DNA from: Andalucia godoyi And28
Lineage: Eukaryota; Protista; Jakobida
DNA: 23,626 nucleotides
Direction of reading: 5' to 3'
Assembly (NCBI GenBank): GCA_009859145.1
Contig: VRVR01000012.1
Location: forward strand, 382,917 to 406,542
In this document: piece after piece, positions 17,457 through 23,626 of the stretch
Layout of the letters: each line of letters opens with the position of its first letter
Position numbering within the stretch: the first letter of the stretch is position 1
Position numbers and translations under genes: made by a program
The notes under the pieces: model-generated
The model's database searches: none
What the model was told of the DNA's origin: nothing
What the model saw: only the letters and a program-made list of their open reading frames with translations

Positions 17457-19100
17457 TCAGGATGACATGCCAGTCTGCAGCGCACTGTTTTCATTGCGAA
17501 CTTGCTCCAAATCGTGCATGACGCGTTGTGCATTCAGTCCGTCGTTTCGAGCATACAGGTAGGCAATGCGGAGTTCCAGAGTGCGGTTGGAATTCTTCAG
17601 CTGTCCAGTCTGCTCAATGCTCAAAATGAGAGCCTCAAAACTCTCCTTGAGCTTGATCAAAAGACGATACGCATCCTTCGGAGCAGAGCTGGGATTTTTC
17701 ACAGATTCCTCCTTCTGTGCCTCCTTGAAGACAAGATCTTCTGTGACCGCAAACGATCGACGAAGGGCCTCGGAAACATTATTGATGTCCTTTTGGAGAG
17801 CCTGAATATCAGAAAGAACCTTGTCAATCTCCTTTTGCTGCTTCTTGACGTTCCGGACGATGTCCATGATGCTTCGCACATAGCTGGACCGATCTACATC
17901 CTTTGGCATTCTCTCCCACTCCACGGAGAGCGCAGCAGCTCTCTCTTCCTTTTCCTTGATTTCCGAAGCCATCGATCTGGACTCGAGTCGCAGTCGAGCC
18001 GTATCGCTCTCATAATCCCGAGACTTTGCAGATTTGTCTAGCAGCTTCTTCGACATGTCTTCGTACATCGACACAAACTCCTGTCGACGAACTTCCCATT
18101 CTGTGGCCATAGCCATGATCTCCTGAGCAATTTCCTTCATCTCCGTCCGAAGAAGCATGGAGTTTCCTTGCTTATCCTCGAGCAGCTTGCAGATTTTCTT
18201 GTGATTTCGATGAATTTCACGGAGAACTTCTTGGTTCTTCGTCTCCTCAGTCTTCTGCGCTTGCAAGGCTGTAGCGTTCGCTGACAGCTGGGCAGACTCT
18301 GCCGAGAGCTGCTCAAGTAGTTCTTGCATATTCTGGACACTGTCTTCAAGCTGTTCAGTTTCCAGCCGCTTTCTCTCTTCGTGGGAAACTGGCGCCTGCG
18401 TAGCATCTCTGTTTGAAGAAACAGCCGCAGAACCAGACTCGCTCTTCGTTCGGCTCTTCTTTGCGCCGTCGACTTCTTTGAGCACCGCGGTTTCCGAGGC
18501 TCGGGCAAGCAGCTGATCAAGAGTAGGGAGTCGGTCCGAGCCAGAATCATCAACGGATCCATCCATACCATATCGGAATTTTCCGTAGGCCGCATTTCGG
18601 GAAATGCAGTCGTGGAACAGGCTTGTCCCACGCAAACTGGAGAATGGAACTTTGCGACATTTCCGAGCAGCTGTCAGCAACCATGGCATCCGAACGGCAG
18701 ACCGAATGGAAGAGACACACGCATCCCGAACGCTCTCCGATTTCGAGACGGACAGTTTCGATCCGACTTCTTCTTTCGGCAGCAAGTCCACGAGAAATCG
18801 CAGAATTCGACGAGTGTCATGAATCTTTGGATAGAGGAAAACGTCGTATCCGATTTTCTCTCGGTAGCCCAAAGACTGCAAGTCGCTTGCCAACTTCTGT
18901 CCGACGCGAAACCGAAGCGAAGTCTCAGCGGGTAAAGTTTCCGACAGGGACTGGAACTTCGGGTCGATGAGGTGCAAACTACGCACTGCTGCGCTCACAA
19001 GCTCTGCAGAAGAAATGTTTTCCAGTGCGGTAAGAGACTCATTTAGCAGGCAATTGTTGGTCTTCAGCGACAGCAGCAAGATGCTATCCGACTCCTCCAT
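17457..19100 (-). CDS. CCDC22: Coiled-coil domain-containing protein 22 (CCC/Commander complex), 547 aa
   Basis: MEESDSILLLSL start, RFRVGQKLA, LGYREKIGYDVFLYP, RRILRFLVDLLP, C-terminal RSSYVRSIMDIVRNVKKQ...DINNVSEALRRSFAVTEDLVFKEA. Confidence 0.93.
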   Translation of the reverse strand: MEESDSILLLSLKTNNCLLNESLTALENISSAELVSAAVRSLHLIDPKFQSLSETLPAETSLRFRVGQKLASDLQSLGYREKIGYDVFLYPKIHDTRRILRFLVDLLPKEEVGSKLSVSKSESVRDACVSSIRSAVRMPWLLTAARKCRKVPFSSLRGTSLFHDCISRNAAYGKFRYGMDGSVDDSGSDRLPTLDQLLARASETAVLKEVDGAKKSRTKSESGSAAVSSNRDATQAPVSHEERKRLETEQLEDSVQNMQELLEQLSAESAQLSANATALQAQKTEETKNQEVLREIHRNHKKICKLLEDKQGNSMLLRTEMKEIAQEIMAMATEWEVRRQEFVSMYEDMSKKLLDKSAKSRDYESDTARLRLESRSMASEIKEKEERAAALSVEWERMPKDVDRSSYVRSIMDIVRNVKKQQKEIDKVLSDIQALQKDINNVSEALRRSFAVTEDLVFKEAQKEESVKNPSSAPKDAYRLLIKLKESFEALILSIEQTGQLKNSNRTLELRIAYLYARNDGLNAQRVMHDLEQVRNENSALQTGMSS

Positions 19101-19880
19101 GGCTGTTTGTCGTGCTGTCGGCGTGTGGGGAAAAAAAAGCAACGAGAAAAAAAAAAGTATCATTAAAAAAAAATATATAAAACAAAACAAATATTCGCAG
19201 AAATTGCACCAGGCTGGAAACAGTCCAAGAAACATGGGGACGCTTCCATTCACCCAGCAAGCCAGCCATTTTTGCAAATCGTTCGAGGGGCACTTGGCAG
19301 GCATTCTTGCTAGTTTTCATTCTTTATTTCGCTTGCATTCTTCATTCTGTTTCTTCCTTTCTTTTTATTGTTATTTAAAATTAGAAAATAACGTCATTAA
19401 ATGCATACAGTTTCGAGCGGAGAAAAATATATACATGACATCTCAAATTGCTTACATGGAGGATGGCAAGTGTTCGTTTTGGGCAAATCGTTGGAATGCT
19501 ATTTGGTTAGATGACAGCATCCAGCTTCTTCTGAAGCGGGGAGCAGAACTGTAACCTGAAATGCACACTCGACCTGCATGGGAGCGATGTTCTGCCAGGC
19601 AGGTAATAGCAATTGATGGCGGTCTCCTAATCAAAATTCGCACTGGTTCTTGTCGAAAATGAGGCGTGAAAAGAACGCATTTCTTCGCAGAATTCCAGCG
19701 CACATCCATGTTTGAACCATTGCTGCCGACCGACTCTCAGGGCAGAAGAAAATAACAAACGAGAGGGGTAATAGATTTGTTGGATTGTTTTACCAATGGT
19801 TCGTGCTGCCTGTATTCGCAGTGAATGCATGGTCAATCGTTTCTACAAGAGCGAGGTTTGTAGTGATTCAACCAACTTGG

Positions 19881-20288
19881 TCAAGGATCGGGCAAGTGTC
19901 CAAGAATGCGTTGCAACTTTGCTCCCATCTCACGGACAGTCTGCCTCAGGGTTGGTTCATTCACGAAGGACCCCAGTAGATCTGGATTCACAATGTCAAC
20001 AAATACCTGTTTCTGAGAATCCTCTCGCACGACAACATGGCAAGGAACAACGGCACCAAGAGCTGGTTGGGACAAGAGAAGATCGTAGCCTACTTTGGGA
20101 GCACACGCACCGAGAATTCGGTAATTTGGAAAGTCTGTCACATTGAGCTTTTCCTTGAACTTTGCCTGTGGGTCAAGGTCAAACAGCACTCCGAACCCTT
20201 CCTCTTTCAGATGGTCCTGAACTCGCACGAGCGCCTGGTCAAATGAGAGACCAACTTGCTTCCCTATGGAAAACGCCAGATCACCCAT
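19881..20288 (-). CDS. DUF302 (TT1751-like) protein, 135 aa, prokaryote-like
   Basis: FDQALVRVQDHLKEEGFGVLFDLD, KFKEKL, YRILGACAP, GAVVPCHVVVRE, VFVDIVNP match the DUF302 pattern EGFGV..DID, YRILGACNP, LPCNVVV. No intron. Confidence 0.88.
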   Translation of the reverse strand: MGDLAFSIGKQVGLSFDQALVRVQDHLKEEGFGVLFDLDPQAKFKEKLNVTDFPNYRILGACAPKVGYDLLLSQPALGAVVPCHVVVREDSQKQVFVDIVNPDLLGSFVNEPTLRQTVREMGAKLQRILGHLPDP

Positions 20289-20554
20289 GGTATGCAATAG
20301 TCAAGAATACCATTGCAAAAAATATATTCAGCACACAGTCTCGGGAGAGCGTGAAAAAAAAAAGTGTGGTGAACGCCCTCTGCCTGTTATGATGCTGTTC
20401 GAGTTTGTGCGCCTATCACACCCAGTTGCGATTGAAGTCGGCCGCTGTGCTAAATGACCCGACCACGTTTCATAATCGGTCAGGTTTGTCCCGAAGTATC
20501 ACTTGACGTCCCTGCCCCTCCGTCCCGCCACATGATAAAGTGTGTGCGTGCCTA

Positions 20555-20603
20555 GTTGTTGTTGTTGTTGTTGTTGTTTTGGTTTTTTTTTTTTTTTTTT
20601 TTT
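20555..20603. repeat. (GTT)8 plus T21 tract
   Basis: Read directly. Confidence 0.95.
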
Positions 20604-20637
20604 GCTTTGCGTTCCCACACATTTCAATTTCATTTTA

Positions 20638-22714
20638 TAGGGCTGTCCACCTACGGCTGATGATGTCACAGTCATGACAGAAGTCGAGTTGCAGTCGGCG
20701 GGACGGGTTCCCATAACAACTGAAATAAGCAGAATTAGTGCAGTTCACGCCGCTTCTGCAGTTTCAGCATCTCCACAAGTAGGCGCCTTGTCTGCCGTTC
20801 ATGACCAGCCTCCAATCGTACGGCAACGGAAGAGAGGCAGGCCGACAGGATCAAGAAGTGCAGGTTCGGACTGGTCGAGGATCAGTATCAGCGAGCAGAT
20901 CGAGGCCAGCGGATGTATCACAGGCACTCACACAGGAGTTTCTTGTAGCCAATATCAACGTACTTCCTGCTCCAGCACTCATCGATTCGAGGCGGCTAAT
21001 GCAGCAACAGAGAACAAGAGAAAGAGAGAAGAAAATGCAGCTGAAGAAGTTGGAGGAACACGCCTCATCGTACGCAGCGCAGCATGAGCATGTCGTGCAG
21101 ATGGCAGAGAAGAACATGGTGAATTTAGAGAAAGAAGTCCACGGTCTCGAAGCGGACGCTGCGAAGCATGGTCGAAGGGCGAAACATCCTAACGACTGCA
21201 GCTGTGTTCGGAATAACCGAGGTTTCAGCGGAGGCCGTGTGCAACAAGTTGATGGAGATGTACCATCCTCCGCAGACTATAAGGGACGCACTACTGAATT
21301 CGCAGCTCCCAGGACCGGCCAGGCTAGACTTGCAGGCAGGTCTCCAGACGGGTGCGAACAATCTTGATGCTTTCATTCGGCCGACGGACCCTGACGGACA
21401 TCTTAGAAAGCGGTTGCTGGAAGAACTGAAAAGAAAACGGAAGCCGCAGTATTCAATGGAGTTTCGCCAGCAAGTCATTGATGATCGGGAGAAAAGCTCG
21501 CCGCCAATGCACCGCGGTCGCCCATCCACTCTCTCGCCAGAACAGACCATTGTGGTGTGCAATCATTGTAGAAGTCTCGCACCTGTGTGAAAAAGCGACT
21601 TCTAATCTCTTTGTGTTTTTGTGTTTTGTGTTTTAATAAAAATTGAGCTTTCGTTTATTTCTGCTTTTCTTTTATTAAGAACGTCACACTGCCGTTCTTT
21701 CAGATTGCTTTGTCGTATGGGGATTGTTGCGTATCCATATTCAAGAAAATGCGTTTGAGCTTTTCCCGTCTCCTTGTCTCCAGAAGTTGCAAATTCAGTT
21801 TTCCAAGTTTCTGTGCGCTCCCGAGATGTTTGGTTCTGTGTTTTTGGATCCCCGATTTTCCCACATGTTTTCGACACTGGAGGTTGTTCTGAAGTTTCAA
21901 TACTACATTTTTCATCATCTTAAATAAGGGAGCGATGTAGAGTTGATGAGAGAAGTCACGTTGTGAATGAATCGTCGTTCTAATTCTTCTGGACGATCGG
22001 GTGACATGGCATCGTTCATGAATGCTGTTTCCTCGGATCCCTGCGCTCACCCAAGAGAAGTGTGGAGGACGCTGCGCGACAAGTTGCCGAAATTATCTGA
22101 GATCGCAGTCCGTTTGTTCTCCATGCCGGTATCTCCGGCTTCTGCGGAAAGAAATTTCCGTGAACATGGTAGCATCCACACGAAGGCGAGGAACCGCCTG
22201 TCTTCGGACAAGCAGCGGAAGCTTGTAAGAATCACATCTTATAGCCGAAAGGTCATACCTCATCAATCAAAAACGTATGACGTGATCGCACATTACGCAT
22301 CCAAATGTATCGGCATGGACCGAGACCGAGATCAAGATGCCCGGCGAGAGTTTGAGGACCGAAAGAATGGATTCAACAGGTTGTAGCCAGCGTTTCGGTT
22401 ACTTCCTCTGAGGGTGATGAGGTGTCTTCAATTGCTGGCGCAGATCCGGACCGTGCAGAACCAGAAGGATGGCGTAGAGAGTGATTTGGGGCCTGAAGAA
22501 TACTGCATCGAGGATGGGATGCCCTCATTTAATCGTATTTTTGATTGTGACCCTTGACCAGTGTCGTAAACAATGAGCACACCATGGAAGCAACTCCCAT
22601 GAAGCGTTTTCCCGCCAGATGGCATGCAACTGTCGTATATGAGAATTCGATGTCTTGACAGGAATGGTTTGCATGGCTTGTCACCTGACATGTCAATGTG
22701 ACATGCCAACCCTA
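20638..22714 (+). mobile_element. Degenerate, internally deleted hAT-superfamily DNA transposon; boundaries tentative
   Basis: Contains hAT transposase C-terminal motifs. Imperfect terminal inverted repeats TAGGGCTGTC and TAGGGTTGGC (8/10). TGACA/TGTCA subterminal repeats at both ends. No 8-bp TSD found. Confidence 0.55.
21679..22386 (+). pseudogene. hAT transposase C-terminal fragment with dimerisation domain and two in-frame stops
   Basis: One frame reads ERHTAVLSDCFVVWGLL...SVFLDPRF...TAA(21925)...TGA(21964)...HPREVWRTLRDKLPKLSEIAVRLFSMPVSPASAERNF...IHTKARNRLS..KQRKLV. Confidence 0.9.
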
Positions 22715-23097
22715 ACCACGGATAATCATCACTGATCACCCATAATCAATGTTGCAACCCAGCAACATGCATAGCATGATTGGGAAGGGGGCAGGCCCCA
22801 ACACGCCCCTCGGCATGAGAGACGTTCTTACATCCAATCGCCTGGAAGTGAACCCGATCTTTTTCTTGGAGTGAACTGCTGCTGCAGTTGGCGAACAATA
22901 ATTTTTTGGCGCGCACACAGTTTGCGTGGGAGACACTAAAAATGGAGTCAAAAGATGAAGTTCTTTTCTCTCCTTCTTCAATTTTTAATAAAGGAACTGA
23001 TCACACATTGGAAACACACGTCCAGGAATGAAGAAGACCACGGAAACCTTGGCACGAGAGAGCCCAGACTCAAAATCGTCGCACGAAATCGAGAGCA

Positions 23098-23598
23098 ATG
23101 CGGCACAATACCCACAAGCAAATGCAGCCGGACCCGCCCGGGAGCTCTCAGAGAACCGCGCCATATTTTCAACTTCAGCGTGGAAAGACGTGTGACGTGT
23201 GCCGTGGACCTTTTGCGGGTGCTGAAAACGAGCTTTTTCAAGAAAGAAGAGCTTCTGAGGCTTTTCCAGTCCGCCAGCCATTAACTGAGGTGTATGACAA
23301 TTGTGTTCGTGTACCTTCACTGAGGCGACGAGACGTGCAGGCTGTGGCATCTGCTTCATCTAGCGCGAGTGTTCCAAACCAGATTGCGAAACGCATCATG
23401 CCAGACGATGAAAAGGTGATTCCCATTTCCCACACGGATGTGGCAGCTATTCCAGAACTGCAGGGGCTTCAAATGAACCAACTCACATCGAGGAAGCGGC
23501 TTTCGCTGGATGCTGCAAAGGAAGTTCGGGAAATGAAAAGAGCGCGGAAGCCCAAAACAGCGAACGCTGACGATGCAAGCAGCTGTGCGAGAGCATAG
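23098..23598 (+). other. Unidentified 166-aa ORF, probably part of a decayed gene
   Basis: Protein-like C-terminal half and one CxxC (CDVC). Flanking frames are broken by stops; no family recognised. Confidence 0.3.
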
Positions 23599-23626
23599 CG
23601 AAGGCAGCTCTTGCAGAGCATCAGCG

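Noticed and set aside
22622-22686. CNCRI*EFDVLTGMVCMACH, a SWIM-finger-like string
   Set aside because: Contains a stop, has off spacing, and overlaps the palindromic subterminal repeats that can generate such codons
22708-22717. AACCCTAACC, a telomere-like sequence
   Set aside because: Fewer than two repeat units; better explained as the candidate right TIR
1-23626. Stop-codon reassignment, selenoproteins, CRISPR arrays, rRNA
   Set aside because: Conserved genes have no in-frame stops and use TAA, TAG and TGA as terminators; no spacer-repeat arrays or rRNA-like segments were seen

Overview
Gene-dense nuclear DNA of a flagellated, mitochondriate unicellular eukaryote. It uses the standard genetic code, has few short GT-AG introns, and has AT-rich or microsatellite-rich spacers. 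From 1 to about 20.3 kb lie a Ctr copper transporter, ornithine aminotransferase, tRNA-Trp(CCA), a fatty-acid elongase, an Oxa1/YidC insertase, SDF2, GGPP synthase (one intron), TMEM17, a cysteine-synthase-fold protein, mitochondrial DnaJ, alpha-tubulin acetyltransferase, an orphan PIP-box protein, the complex I 24-kDa subunit, CCDC22 and a prokaryote-like DUF302 gene. From about 20.4 kb the sequence is a decayed, internally deleted hAT transposon plus unidentified ORF debris. The main oddities are these: (1) the cysteine-synthase-like protein has Leu in place of the PLP lysine, so it is probably a pseudoenzyme, possibly mitochondrial; (2) the Oxa1 gene is split over two frames at an ATGA overlap, with a presequence-like segment lying after a YidC-like helix; (3) DUF302 is an HGT candidate next to the transposon; (4) the orphan protein combines a C-terminal PIP box with an HCCC motif; (5) there are several unusual intron configurations. 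All family assignments come from motif recognition by eye; no database searches were run.
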